Below, in pieces: positions 28,782 to 39,223 of a DNA stretch of 48,537 bases. The DNA comes from Kiritimatiellales bacterium. Lineage in GTDB: Bacteria > Verrucomicrobiota > Kiritimatiellia > Kiritimatiellales > Pontiellaceae. The stretch lies in NCBI GenBank assembly GCA_030595785.1, contig JAUVCG010000001.1, positions 1 to 48,537 of the forward strand, read 5' to 3'. How positions within the stretch are numbered: the first letter of the stretch is position 1; each line of letters begins with the position of its first letter. A program made the position numbers and the translations under genes. The notes below the pieces were generated by a model that ran no database searches, was not told where the DNA came from, and saw only the letters and a program-made list of their open reading frames with translations.

Positions 28782-29474
28782 TTAACCTTGCTTTTGCGAT
28801 GCTTTAACGAGGGCGAAGAAGCGGTCTTCGTATTTTTCCCAAAGGTCGTTTTGCTTGAGCTGCTCGGCCAGTGGGTTGATCTTTGATGGATCGCGCGATG
28901 CTTCAAGAAATCCGCGTTCGATGTTTTCCAGCAAACTGTTTTTCATGGATGCGGCCTGCTGCCGAATATCCTGTATATTGCCCTGGGCGGAATGCTGCAC
29001 CAGCTCAACCATCAGTTTAAGCAGGCAGACTTCCCATGGGGAGTCGACACCGATGAGGATCGCGCTGAGCGGATCGTCCTTTGCTCCCACTTCCGCTTTG
29101 ACCCGGTCCATGACGTTATCAAGATGGTCCGTAACGACATATTTCTTGATTTCCTGCTTTTGGATGCGGAAACCATACTGGAGGATCTTGAGGTCACCGC
29201 CATGCTCAGCCAGCCAATCGGCATATTGCCTGGCATCCTGTCCAAAATCTTCCAGGTCCATCTGGCCGAGCGACTGCGGAGTGATGATTTCCGGCTTGAG
29301 GGCCTTGAGATGGCCTTCACGTACGCAAACCTTGTCGACGCTGTCCATCAGTTCGCAAACCAGATGATAGTTCACGACGGTGTCACCAAAGGTTTCAAGG
29401 CGGTTGGTCGGTTTCATTACCAGCTCGGTATTGTTGACCGCGTACCAAAAATCAAATTGTTGTTTGCTGTCCAT
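28782..29474 (-). CDS. Hypothetical protein
   Basis: Clean 230-aa ORF just downstream of smc on the same strand, with motif-like blocks FWYAVNNTE, LETFG, WEVCLLK, YEDRFF. Confidence 0.75.
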   Translation of the reverse strand: MDSKQQFDFWYAVNNTELVMKPTNRLETFGDTVVNYHLVCELMDSVDKVCVREGHLKALKPEIITPQSLGQMDLEDFGQDARQYADWLAEHGGDLKILQYGFRIQKQEIKKYVVTDHLDNVMDRVKAEVGAKDDPLSAILIGVDSPWEVCLLKLMVELVQHSAQGNIQDIRQQAASMKNSLLENIERGFLEASRDPSKINPLAEQLKQNDLWEKYEDRFFALVKASQKQG

Positions 29475-29484
29475 GGGGATGATT

Positions 29485-29546
29485 GTGAGACGTGACAAGT
29501 GAGCCGTGATGTCCAATGGTCGGAACAGTCACGCCTCACGTTTCAC
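29485..29546. repeat. Inverted heptamer-period repeat (GTGAGAC/GTTTCAC type)
   Basis: gtgagacgtgacaagtgagccgtga ... tcacgcctcacgtttcac, between the smc stop and the next gene. Confidence 0.6.
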
Positions 29547-29549
29547 TCG

Positions 29550-32500
29550 TCATTTCATATCTTTCTCTCGGTCCTGATAGTCGGAAAACTTCATCGAAAC
29601 CACCTTGGAGACCCCGCGCGTCTGCATGGTGACGCCATAGATCACATCGGCGGCCGCTATGGTCTGGCGACTGTGGGTGATAATGATGAACTGCGACTGC
29701 AGAAGGAATTCCTTAAGGGTGTCGACGAAGCGGCTGATATTGGCATCGTCGAGCGCAGCGTCAAGTTCGTCGAGCACACAGAACGGGCTGGGCTTGACGA
29801 TGAACAGCGAGAAGAGCAGGGCGACCGCGGTCATCGTACGCTCGCCGCCGGAGAGCAGCGAAATGGTCTGGAGTTTCTTCCCGGGAGGACGGGCAATGAT
29901 CTCGATACCTGATTCGAGCACATCCTCGTCGTCGGTCAGAACCAGCTTGGCCGCCCCGCCTCCGAAGAGCTTCTTGAACATGACCTGAAAATTCTCATTC
30001 ACGCTATCGAAGGTGGTCTTGAACATTTCGGTGGTGGTGGCGTTGATCGTCTTGATCATCTCGAGCAGCTGCTGTTTGGCGGAGAGCAGATCGTCCTGCT
30101 GCTCGTTCAGGAAGGCAAAGCGCTCTTCGAGTTCGGCGTGCTCTTCGATGGCTACCAGATTAACCGGTCCCATGGCATCAAGCTTGGCCTGGATTTCGGC
30201 CACGCGCGTTTCGATGAATTCGCGATCGGGCACCTCATCATTTTCCCAGCGCGGGGCTTCCGCCTCGGACAGTTCCTCCCGGGTGATGTGGTAGGCTCCG
30301 GTCACGCGCTCCAGCGCATTGTCGTGGCGCATGGTGTATTCGGCGCGCTCCACCTCGAACCTGGATTTCTTATTGAGTTCAGCCTCCATGGAATCGCGAA
30401 GACCGCGCAGCCGGTTTTCGGCGGTCGTGAGGGAGTGGATGGTTTCCTCGCGCCGGGCGCGCTCGTTTTCAAGGGTCTGGGCGGTTTCCTGCAGGCGCTG
30501 CTCGAGCGGTTCGATCTTGGCGGTCTCTTCCTCCGTCGAGGCCTTAAGGACGTCGATACGCTGATTGTAGGAATCAACCCCGGTGGTCCGTTCGGCGATC
30601 AACTCGTCGAGTTCTCGGATGCGCGCCTCCATCGGTTGCTTGCGGTTGATCAGATGCTCCAGTGCCTGGGATTTCTGAGAGTAAACAATGCGGTGTTCAG
30701 AGGTGATGGTCAGCGCATCGGAACGCTGTTCCTCGGTGGTGGTCAATGCGGTGGTCTGCTCTGCCATTTGCGTCCGGATGCTGGCCTGGCGGTCGCGTGC
30801 CTCCTTCAACTCGGTGGCAAGGCGCGCACGCAGTTCAAGGCCTTTGCTCTCGCTTTCGGCAAGATTATTGAATTCAAAGGTAACGGTTTCGACGCGCTCA
30901 CGTGCGGATGCAGTCTCGCGCACAATCACCTGCCGTTCGCCCTCCTGCAACGCGAGTTCACGGCGGAACTCCTCGAGCGTTTGGCGGGCGTGGCCGAGAG
31001 CATCGGCCGTGCCGGCCTCTTCGCCCCGAAGGGTTTCGAGGGTCTCCTCCAGTCGTTGAACCTCGGCACCGAGTTTACCGTTCTCTTCCTGGAGCTGTTC
31101 GCGCAACTGGTGGCGGGCGAGGGGGCTTTTGTCCTCGGTACCGGGCATCCATAGTTCGGAGGATCCGTTACCTGCCGCAACCGTGCCATTCTGCGAAACG
31201 ACGACCGTATCGGCGGAAAGGATATCAGGAATCTCCAGTTCGGAGCCGACCACGCGAACGTTCCAGAACAGACGGCGTACGAGGGGGGCGACGGCGTCAT
31301 CGAACGTAATGCAATCGAGCAGGCCCTTGCCGACGGACGACGAGGTTTCGAGCGGGGCTTCCTCCTTAGAGGCGGCAACGCTCAACAGCCGCACACTTCC
31401 GGCTTCCTGTTCGCGCAACCAGTCCAGGGCTTTGCGCGCATAGGCTTCGTCCTTAACAACGATCGCGTCGATGCATGGACGAATGATGGCCTCGAGCGCG
31501 GTCTGGTATTCGGGGGATGCCTTGAGTTGCTCAGCCAGCGGCCCGATGATGCCGTCGCGGTCGGGCGTAAAGTTATCGGGCGGATCGAGCAGCATCTGTG
31601 CTCCAGGCGGATAGCCTTCCTGCCGGGCCTCACCGCCGGAGAGCATTTCGAGCTGTGCAGTTTTGGCGGCCAGCGTTCTGTTTAATTCATTGAGCGCCTT
31701 TTCCCGTTCGGCCATCAAATCCTTGCGTCCGCTGCGCTCACCGTTAAGGGTGTTGAGCATTTGTGCCTGGTCCGCCACTTTGGTGGTGAGGGTTTCGACC
31801 TGGGCATCCATTTCCTGTTGGTGTTCGAGGAAGGCCTTAAGCGAACGTTCAAGCTCGGATTTTTCAGTGGATAGGCGCTCTTTATTGAGCATGGCAGAGC
31901 GGTCGCGCGCGTCGAGCTCGTTGAGCTCGTTCTGCATCGTCGAGGACTTGCTGTCCAGGGCGACCGACTCGTTGCGCAGGCTGTTAAGTTGCGCGCGGGT
32001 AGCGTTCATGTGGTCTTCGGCTTCTTTCTGCACCTGCATGACACGATCGAGCTCGCTCTTGGCCTCGGTCTTTTCCTGCTCGGACTCAGCCATTGCGGCG
32101 ACAATCTTATCGAGTTCACCACGGTGGGTTTCGAGCCGTCCACGCGCTTCTTCCGTCTCCTGCGTATTGCGCTGGGCGAGGGTGGACAACTCCGCGATGC
32201 GGTCGTTGTTCATCGTAATCAGGTGATGAGCGCGCTCCAGTTCTCCCTTGGCGGCGGAGGCCTGCTCCATGGCAAGGGAGATGGTTTCCTCCAGCCGGGT
32301 CAGTGCCCCGCGCGAGGTTTCGGCCTCGGCTTCAGCGGATTCCACCTGCTCGTGCAGCTCGCTCACCTTGCGCTCGATAATCTGCAACTCGCTGGCAAGC
32401 TCATTCATTTTTTGCGCGTACTCGGCAAGTTTTTCGCGCGTTACATAGATGTCTAGTCCGCGCACCTCGTCGGCCAGTTCCTTGTAGCGCTTTGCCTTGC

Positions 32501-33128
32501 CGGCCTGCCGCTGGAGCGAGATGATCTGGCGCTTGACCTCGCGGATAACGTCGGCAAGGCGCAGCAGGTTGGCTTCGGTGTGCTCCAGTTTGCGCAGGGC
32601 CTCCTTCTTGTCGGCCTTGTATTTGGTAATGCCGCTGGCCTCCTCGAAGACGGTACGGCGGTCTTCCGGTCGCGAACTGAGAATCTGATCGATCTTGCCC
32701 TGTTCAAGAATAGAGTAGGAGTCGGTGCCGATGCCGGTATCCATGAACAGCCGCTGGATATCCTTGAGACGGCAGGCCTTGCGGTTGATGAAATAGCCGC
32801 TTTCGCCGGAACGGAAGACGCGGCGTGTAATGCAGACCTCGTTGTATTCCAGCCCAAGGAATTCGGTGCAATCCGCCAGGGTGATACTGACCTCGGCCAT
32901 GCCGAGCGGCTTTTGCGTGTCGGTTCCATTGAAGATGACATCCTCCATCTTCGCACCGCGCAGTGCCCGTGCGCGCTGCTCACCCAGCACCCACCGGACC
33001 GCATCGGAAACATTACTTTTCCCGCAGCCGTTCGGCCCCACGATGGATGTCATTCCAGGTTCGAATTCGAGCTTGGTTTTGTTCGCGAAACTCTTAAATC
33101 CTACGATGTCCAGACTTTTAAGATACAC
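29550..33128 (-). CDS. smc: Chromosome segregation protein SMC
   Basis: GFKSF, VGPNGCGKSN, coiled coils with central hinge, LLSGGE, LDELDAALD, IITH. GTG start at 33128 with GAGGAG RBS. Confidence 0.98.
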   Translation of the reverse strand: MYLKSLDIVGFKSFANKTKLEFEPGMTSIVGPNGCGKSNVSDAVRWVLGEQRARALRGAKMEDVIFNGTDTQKPLGMAEVSITLADCTEFLGLEYNEVCITRRVFRSGESGYFINRKACRLKDIQRLFMDTGIGTDSYSILEQGKIDQILSSRPEDRRTVFEEASGITKYKADKKEALRKLEHTEANLLRLADVIREVKRQIISLQRQAGKAKRYKELADEVRGLDIYVTREKLAEYAQKMNELASELQIIERKVSELHEQVESAEAEAETSRGALTRLEETISLAMEQASAAKGELERAHHLITMNNDRIAELSTLAQRNTQETEEARGRLETHRGELDKIVAAMAESEQEKTEAKSELDRVMQVQKEAEDHMNATRAQLNSLRNESVALDSKSSTMQNELNELDARDRSAMLNKERLSTEKSELERSLKAFLEHQQEMDAQVETLTTKVADQAQMLNTLNGERSGRKDLMAEREKALNELNRTLAAKTAQLEMLSGGEARQEGYPPGAQMLLDPPDNFTPDRDGIIGPLAEQLKASPEYQTALEAIIRPCIDAIVVKDEAYARKALDWLREQEAGSVRLLSVAASKEEAPLETSSSVGKGLLDCITFDDAVAPLVRRLFWNVRVVGSELEIPDILSADTVVVSQNGTVAAGNGSSELWMPGTEDKSPLARHQLREQLQEENGKLGAEVQRLEETLETLRGEEAGTADALGHARQTLEEFRRELALQEGERQVIVRETASARERVETVTFEFNNLAESESKGLELRARLATELKEARDRQASIRTQMAEQTTALTTTEEQRSDALTITSEHRIVYSQKSQALEHLINRKQPMEARIRELDELIAERTTGVDSYNQRIDVLKASTEEETAKIEPLEQRLQETAQTLENERARREETIHSLTTAENRLRGLRDSMEAELNKKSRFEVERAEYTMRHDNALERVTGAYHITREELSEAEAPRWENDEVPDREFIETRVAEIQAKLDAMGPVNLVAIEEHAELEERFAFLNEQQDDLLSAKQQLLEMIKTINATTTEMFKTTFDSVNENFQVMFKKLFGGGAAKLVLTDDEDVLESGIEIIARPPGKKLQTISLLSGGERTMTAVALLFSLFIVKPSPFCVLDELDAALDDANISRFVDTLKEFLLQSQFIIITHSRQTIAAADVIYGVTMQTRGVSKVVSMKFSDYQDREKDMK

Positions 33129-33428
33129 AGGTAAAACTCCTCTGAAAAAATGATCGCCTAAGCTAGCACAGGAGCGGTCACCGATGAAAACCGAATCTCT
33201 TCCGAATTCCGGATGTTGGAGAATCGGCTGGTCTGTCGCGATGAATACCAATATTTTCGGCTTTTTCTCTATTATATTGCTTGAACTGCATTGTAGCGAA
33301 ATATAACCTATTTGGGTTAGTGCGGGTTGTGTTCCGGTCCAATGGGCTTCGGAAAGGGTGGAATAAGCAGTTTTGTTGCAGCAGGCCTGTTACTATTTAG
33401 AAAACAGAGTGCATTCAAGGAGTGGGTT

Positions 33429-36314
33429 ATGATGTTTGCTTTTCGTTCGTATAGGAGTTCAGTTCAGGTCATTCTGCTCCTGGCCTCGCTCATGGCCGGA
33501 TCCGTTTTCGCCCAGGATTATTCTTCGATGGGCATTACTGCCCTTGTGGAAGCCGCCGATGGCATGCTGAGACAAGGCAACTATTCCGGCGCAATCCCTG
33601 CCCTTAAAGAGGTGATCGCACGCACGCTGGAACTGAATACTACGCCAGGGCGCAAGACACTGCAGAGTTCCCGCTTCCAGCTAGCACGCGCGCTTTTCCA
33701 GACCGGCGACAGCCCGGCGGGAATGAAAGTTATCGAGCAATATCTTGATGCAGAACCTCGCGCTCAGGCTCAGGAGCGCCTGGCGCTGCGCATGATGGCG
33801 CAGGGGTACATGGAAGCTGAGAAATGGGAGAAGGTTGCGGAGTTTTCCGGACGGCTTCTCGAGACTCCCAACCTGGATAAAGAAAATCTCCTGAGTGCGA
33901 ACCTGTTGTACGGGCAGGCCCTTTTCCGTCAGGAAAAGTGGAAGGAATGCATCAAGCCGCTCGCCTATACCGCGAAAAACAGTAAGGATGAAAAGATCCG
34001 CCACCTGTGTCAAACCATGAGTGCCCGTGCGCTGGTGGAGTCGAAGCAATGGACCAGGCTTTTCCGGTTGGTGCGCTCGATTTATCGCACCGATGCCAAA
34101 TATGATATTACGTTGAATATAACGCTTATGCAGGCGGGCAAAACGCTTTTCGAAGGGGCCGCGGAGAAAGAGCTGGAGGAGGGGAAGGATGACCTTTTAA
34201 ATGCTCTGTTCCTCTACCGCATGGTATTGCCGCGGGAGGACCTGATTGGATATGCAAACCAACGCATGGCCGGGATCCAGGCAGAGCTGGATAAGAAGAC
34301 TAAAATCGGCATTAAGGAGATGGAAGCGGCGGATCTGAAGAATGAGATCGCTACCATCAGGGAATCAGTGGCTATCCTGAGTGATCTGCCGCCCTATGAA
34401 GATGAAGTCACTTTCCGCATCGGACAGATCTATGCAGAAGTAAAGCGCTATTGGGAAGGCTATGTGCTTTTCGACTCACTCTATGAAAAGGATCGCAACA
34501 GCGAAATTGGCGAGGCTTCGATTCTCCAGTCGGTTCTGGTTCTCTATGACGTAAAGGAAAGCGCCCTCGCCGAGGAGCGTATTCTCCGCTACCTCGATGA
34601 AAAGCCGAACGGAGTGTATGTGTGCACGTTGCTTTCGATGATGATGCGCGACAACCTTACCAGGGAGAACTACGGCGGAGTAACCCAGCTTCGACCCTAC
34701 GTGGATCAGGCCACGCAGTCGGCGGATGGCGAAGAACAGCAGATAAAGGCCAATCTCCGCTACATGCTGGCCTTTGGCTATTTCCTGAAAAGGGAGTACG
34801 CGCCCGCCGGCGATCAGTTCACCATTATCATCGACCAGTACCCGGAAAGCCTGTCGCGGGAGGACTCCATCTATTTTCGCGGCATGGCCTACATGATGCA
34901 GGCTAACTACCAGAATGCCATGACAGACTTTTTGCTCTACCAGGAGCAGGGTGAGCATGGAGAACACTATGCTTCTGCCATGTTCCGCGAGGGCGTCTGC
35001 CTGTTCGGCATGGAGCAGATTCCGGAGTCCGAGGCGGCTTTGACTAAATTCATTGACACCTTTCCGGACAATGTACTGGTTTCGGAAGCCTACAGCATAC
35101 GCGGTGACATCGAAGCAGCCAAGGACGGCAACGATAATCCGGAGACGCCGGACGTAAACGAGTATGACCCGCACACGCTGGACCGCGCCCTGTCCGACTA
35201 TCGCAAGGCGATCGATACATCCGATGTGCCGCTGCAGGCAGCCTATGCGGCGTTCCAGGCCGCCAAGGTCTACAAGCTTGAATACAAGTGGCAGGAAATC
35301 ATCGACCTCATGAACTACTACATGAACCTTCTCGGTGAAAAAGCCGATGTGGCGCAGGCGGTGTTCTGGATCGGGCAATCCCAGATTGAGCTGGGGCAGG
35401 TGGAAGAAGCTGTTTCCGCCTATCTTGATGCCATTGAACGGTTCGGAAACGATGCGAGTCAGGAGGGCATCGATAAGATTGTCATCGGGCTTATCGAGAT
35501 TGCCGACCGATACCTTTCTGAAGTAGACAAGCAAGGCTTGGTGGTGCAGATCAACATTAAGCTGACGTCTATCACTCCGGGCGCCGATGTCCTTAAATTA
35601 CGGTTGCTTGTCACAAAGGCGCGCCTGGAAGGCGAGGAGGCCGCTGCCGCTCTGGGCGACGAGTTGATCGCCTCGAAACAGGCGCTTTCCACAACTACCC
35701 CGATTTCCCTTTCACTCATGTGCGATGCTGCGGTAATGGCGGGCGACACCGTACAGATGGGCGAGCTCTACGACTATTTCGTGGCGAATTTCGAAGAATC
35801 CGGTCAGCTCTGGCATGCCTACCGCGCCCGGATGGTCCAGCTGCTGGCTGAAGAAGCCTATGCCGGCGTCATACTCACCATCGGCGAGGCTCAAGACCTG
35901 TTCGGGGTGGAGGACTACATGGGCTGGGCGCAGATCACCAAGGCCGACACCCTGTACAAGATGGGTGACTATGAAGAATCGGAAAAAGCCTACAACACTA
36001 TCATGGGGGTTCCCGAATGGAGAGGGGGCCTTTATGCCGAAGCGTATATCGGAATGGCGCGTTGCCGACTTGCCACGCAGGACTTTGAAACGGCGCACTC
36101 CTTCTACCAGCGCACCTATCTGCTGTTTAAAGGGTATGACGACGGAAAATGGGCGGCGGACGGCTACCTGGGCGCGGCGGACTGCCTGGTCAGGCTGGGA
36201 CGCAACGCGGATGCCGTCAAGACGCTGGATGAAATGCTTGAAGATGAATATGTAAACACACTCCCGCAGACCGATACCGCGAGGGAATTGAAGAAGAAAT
36301 ACGGGGACGCGTAA
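33429..36314 (+). CDS. Large secreted TPR-repeat protein
   Basis: Signal peptide ending SVFA-QD; repeated TPR/CpoB-like units (e.g. IIDQYPES...SIYFRG, FIDTFPDN..VSEAY). AAGGAG RBS. Confidence 0.85.
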   Translation: MMFAFRSYRSSVQVILLLASLMAGSVFAQDYSSMGITALVEAADGMLRQGNYSGAIPALKEVIARTLELNTTPGRKTLQSSRFQLARALFQTGDSPAGMKVIEQYLDAEPRAQAQERLALRMMAQGYMEAEKWEKVAEFSGRLLETPNLDKENLLSANLLYGQALFRQEKWKECIKPLAYTAKNSKDEKIRHLCQTMSARALVESKQWTRLFRLVRSIYRTDAKYDITLNITLMQAGKTLFEGAAEKELEEGKDDLLNALFLYRMVLPREDLIGYANQRMAGIQAELDKKTKIGIKEMEAADLKNEIATIRESVAILSDLPPYEDEVTFRIGQIYAEVKRYWEGYVLFDSLYEKDRNSEIGEASILQSVLVLYDVKESALAEERILRYLDEKPNGVYVCTLLSMMMRDNLTRENYGGVTQLRPYVDQATQSADGEEQQIKANLRYMLAFGYFLKREYAPAGDQFTIIIDQYPESLSREDSIYFRGMAYMMQANYQNAMTDFLLYQEQGEHGEHYASAMFREGVCLFGMEQIPESEAALTKFIDTFPDNVLVSEAYSIRGDIEAAKDGNDNPETPDVNEYDPHTLDRALSDYRKAIDTSDVPLQAAYAAFQAAKVYKLEYKWQEIIDLMNYYMNLLGEKADVAQAVFWIGQSQIELGQVEEAVSAYLDAIERFGNDASQEGIDKIVIGLIEIADRYLSEVDKQGLVVQINIKLTSITPGADVLKLRLLVTKARLEGEEAAAALGDELIASKQALSTTTPISLSLMCDAAVMAGDTVQMGELYDYFVANFEESGQLWHAYRARMVQLLAEEAYAGVILTIGEAQDLFGVEDYMGWAQITKADTLYKMGDYEESEKAYNTIMGVPEWRGGLYAEAYIGMARCRLATQDFETAHSFYQRTYLLFKGYDDGKWAADGYLGAADCLVRLGRNADAVKTLDEMLEDEYVNTLPQTDTARELKKKYGDA

Positions 36315-37193
36315 ATGAACAAAACGATTCTTAATTCAACGATTGCCGGAGTCCTCCTGATGGGAAGCCTCGTGCATGCAGCGCCGTTGCCTGCGGAATT
36401 GGTCATGGGCAAAGATCGTTCATGGAAGGGTAAGATCATTCGCCGCGATGGAGATTGGATTGAATTCAGAAGCGGGACCTCCACCAAACCTATCCGTATC
36501 GGGGTCAGCACGATCAAGGAGCTGAACTTCGAGGTGAAGATCAACACGGATCGAATTGCGGTGCTGGTAGAGAACCGGGAGTTTGAGCGGGTCATCGATG
36601 CACTTACAAAAACCCTCAAACCCTTCGCCGAGTACAACGATATACCCTCAAACCTCTCCCGCTACACCGCAGTATTGATGGAAATCTACTACCTCACGAA
36701 ACAATATGACAAATCATTGGAGATTTCAGAAAAAATTGCAGAGGATGACCGCAATCTGGAACTGCAGACGAAAGCGCGCGTCTACCGAACCCTGGCGCTG
36801 ATTGATTCCGGGAAATCGGACGAAGCCAAAGCCCTGTTGTCCACGTATGGCTGGGACAAAGAAACCTCTGCGGATGCCCCGCCGGAAGAACTTTACATCA
36901 AGGCCAAGCTCATGATGTTGAACGGCGAATATCGCAAGGCCATGGGAGTCGCTGCAAAAGTGATCGTATTCCACAGTCAGGATCTGGACTGGATACAGCC
37001 GGCTGAAATGCTCTGTGCGGAAATTTACACCGAACTCGGTATGTACGATTCAGCCGATGAGGTTTGCCGCCAAATTCTGGTTCTGTACGAGAATACGCCG
37101 GAGTTCGACCAGGCAAAGCTGTTGAAAGTCAGGATCGAAAAGTTGCGGGCCGATCAAAAAGTAGAAGATAGTTTAAAGTCAAACGAAGCTTAA
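36315..37193 (+). CDS. Secreted TPR-like protein
   Basis: Signal peptide (...LVHA-AP), short beta-rich N-domain, then helical repeats. Abuts the upstream stop. Confidence 0.75.
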   Translation: MNKTILNSTIAGVLLMGSLVHAAPLPAELVMGKDRSWKGKIIRRDGDWIEFRSGTSTKPIRIGVSTIKELNFEVKINTDRIAVLVENREFERVIDALTKTLKPFAEYNDIPSNLSRYTAVLMEIYYLTKQYDKSLEISEKIAEDDRNLELQTKARVYRTLALIDSGKSDEAKALLSTYGWDKETSADAPPEELYIKAKLMMLNGEYRKAMGVAAKVIVFHSQDLDWIQPAEMLCAEIYTELGMYDSADEVCRQILVLYENTPEFDQAKLLKVRIEKLRADQKVEDSLKSNEA

Positions 37194-37215
37194 CCGAACG
37201 GAGAGGAGCAAGAAA

Positions 37216-38004
37216 ATGAGTAAGAAAATTATTAAATTGGCATTTTGTTTCAGCCTGGTACTTGGGCCGGTCGCCTTTGCACAGGATGGGGCCGATGCCG
37301 AAGAACCGACCGTCCAGAAAACTACCCTTATGGCGATGATCAAGCAGGGCGGATGGTCCATGTATCCACTGGGTTTGTTCTCGGTTCTCATGGTCTATTT
37401 TATTGTCCAAAACTCGCTTACTCTGCGTGAGAAGGTATTGCTGCGCCCCGATATGATGCCGGACTTCATTAAGCTGATGAAGGACAAAAAGGTGCTCGAG
37501 GCCCATACCCTCTGCAAGGAGAACGAAACCCTCTTTACCTATGTATTCGCTGCGGGACTTGAGCGCTGCTCCGCTTCGGGCGAAATTGATTACGGGAAGG
37601 TGAAGGAAGCCATCGATGAAGCCAGCACGGAGGAAGTGACCCAATACATGAAAGCCATCGACTATCTTTCGATCATCGGAGCAACCGCTCCCATGCTCGG
37701 GCTGCTGGGTACGGTGTCCGGCATGATCAAGGCCTTCCAGACCATCGGATCGAAAGGAATGGGTAAGCCGCAGGAACTTGCCGGAAACATTGGTGAGGCC
37801 CTCGTTACGACGGCGACCGGTCTGATCATCGCCATCCCCGCCATGCTGACCTATTTCTATTTCCGGAATAACTTCATCAAGTCTACAGCAACTCTGGGCC
37901 GCAATATCGGCGCTCTGCTCGACACGCTTGAATCCGGCGAATTGCCGCTTGGCTTCGAGAGTATGGGTGGAGCCGGGGGCGCATCTAAAACCGCCGCTGA
38001 ATAA
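37216..38004 (+). CDS. MotA/TolQ/ExbB proton channel family protein
   Basis: APMLGLLGTVSGMIKAF, IGEALVTTATGLIIAIPA; N-terminal signal-like segment. Confidence 0.95.
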   Translation: MSKKIIKLAFCFSLVLGPVAFAQDGADAEEPTVQKTTLMAMIKQGGWSMYPLGLFSVLMVYFIVQNSLTLREKVLLRPDMMPDFIKLMKDKKVLEAHTLCKENETLFTYVFAAGLERCSASGEIDYGKVKEAIDEASTEEVTQYMKAIDYLSIIGATAPMLGLLGTVSGMIKAFQTIGSKGMGKPQELAGNIGEALVTTATGLIIAIPAMLTYFYFRNNFIKSTATLGRNIGALLDTLESGELPLGFESMGGAGGASKTAAE

Positions 38005-38027
38005 ACCCCTGCCCGACGAGGTGTGCA

Positions 38028-38429
38028 ATGAAAATCAAACTACCTAAAAAAGACGATGTAGAAATCGACATGGCCCCCATGATCGACATGGTGTTCCTGT
38101 TGCTTATCTTCTTCATGGTGGCTTCAGTAGTGGTGACGGAAAAGATTGATATACAACTTCCCGAGTCCAAATCCGCAAAGGTTCCAGAGGACATCAAGGG
38201 GCGTCTTGTACTTGCAGTGGATGTTAATGACCAGATCTATATCGGAATGACTCCTGTTACGATTGATGAACTCAAAGTGGTTATCAGTGAGGAACTCGAG
38301 TTGGATCCTAACCTGCGGATTATGATCCGGGCGGATGCACGAGTCCCGTACAAGACCAGCAAAGAGCTCATGATTGCCTGCGGTAGCGTCGGGGCAACCG
38401 ACCTCATCTATGCGAGCTTCGAGGAATAG
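38028..38429 (+). CDS. ExbD/TolR family protein
   Basis: MAPMIDMVFLLLIFFMV (conserved TM Asp); IRAD. Confidence 0.93.
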   Translation: MKIKLPKKDDVEIDMAPMIDMVFLLLIFFMVASVVVTEKIDIQLPESKSAKVPEDIKGRLVLAVDVNDQIYIGMTPVTIDELKVVISEELELDPNLRIMIRADARVPYKTSKELMIACGSVGATDLIYASFEE

Positions 38430-38431
38430 CC

Positions 38432-38866
38432 ATGAAACTGCTTGAAGACTTAATGACCAAGAAAACCGAGCTGCAGATCACGCCGTTGATCGACGTGGTG
38501 TTCCTGCTGCTCATTTACTTCATGGTGACGGCATCGCTCATCAAGAAGGAAGCGGACCTCTCCTTTATGCTTCCTGCCAAGGTGGATACGCCGGATCCAA
38601 TCACGCTTCCAATCGAGGTGTTGATCGAAGTGAGCGAAGCGGGTGATATTCTGATCAATGGAATGGTTTTTGGTCATCAATCAAATAACCTCGATGATCT
38701 CATCAACCAGCTGGCTTCCTACAAGGAAGCGGCCGACTCATCGAAAAGCGATCTGATTGTGAACATCCTTCCCGACGATAAGGCCTTGCATGGCCGAATC
38801 GTGATGGTGATGGATGCCTGCGCAGCGGCGAAAGTGGAAAACATGTCGTTCAGCATGAACATGTAA
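38432..38866 (+). CDS. ExbD/TolR family protein (second copy)
   Basis: ITPLIDVVFLLLIYFMV; VMDAC. Confidence 0.93.
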   Translation: MKLLEDLMTKKTELQITPLIDVVFLLLIYFMVTASLIKKEADLSFMLPAKVDTPDPITLPIEVLIEVSEAGDILINGMVFGHQSNNLDDLINQLASYKEAADSSKSDLIVNILPDDKALHGRIVMVMDACAAAKVENMSFSMNM

Positions 38867-38892
38867 CCGCGATGGATCGCACCCGGAACAAC

Positions 38893-38925
38893 AAAGCCCG
38901 CCAATTCCCGGCGGGCTTTTTCTTT
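38893..38925 (+). terminator. Intrinsic terminator of the TPR-ExbBD operon
   Basis: aaagcccgcc-aattccc-ggcgggcttt hairpin followed by a T-rich tail. Confidence 0.85.
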
Positions 38926-39223
38926 GGTTTATGACCCGAGTAGCACTTCCTTGTCGGGCGTTCTCAGCGTCTTTGCGAGGCATCATTTTATACCGTAAAG
39001 TTTTCCCGGAAGGTATACGACTCAATAGCCGGATGGATTTTAAATATTCGGGCTTATTCGCTTTCTTCGCCCGCAGGCATACTCTACCTTTGAAAAAGAA
39101 TGAAGTAGGAGAGATGAAAAAGGAACCTGCGGTCAGATTTTGGCTTGAAACCGTCTTGGACCCGATTTCACCATTCAGGTTTCAGGTTTCAGGTTTCATC
39201 TCTCACATTAGAGGAGTCTCTGA

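Noticed and set aside
29550-33251. Extended ORF-track starts for smc (also recA, rpoD, SNF2, debranching enzyme, tsaD, aroC, LPP20-like, TPR)
   Set aside because: Downstream starts fit the family N-termini and/or RBS motifs better, so coordinates were adjusted.
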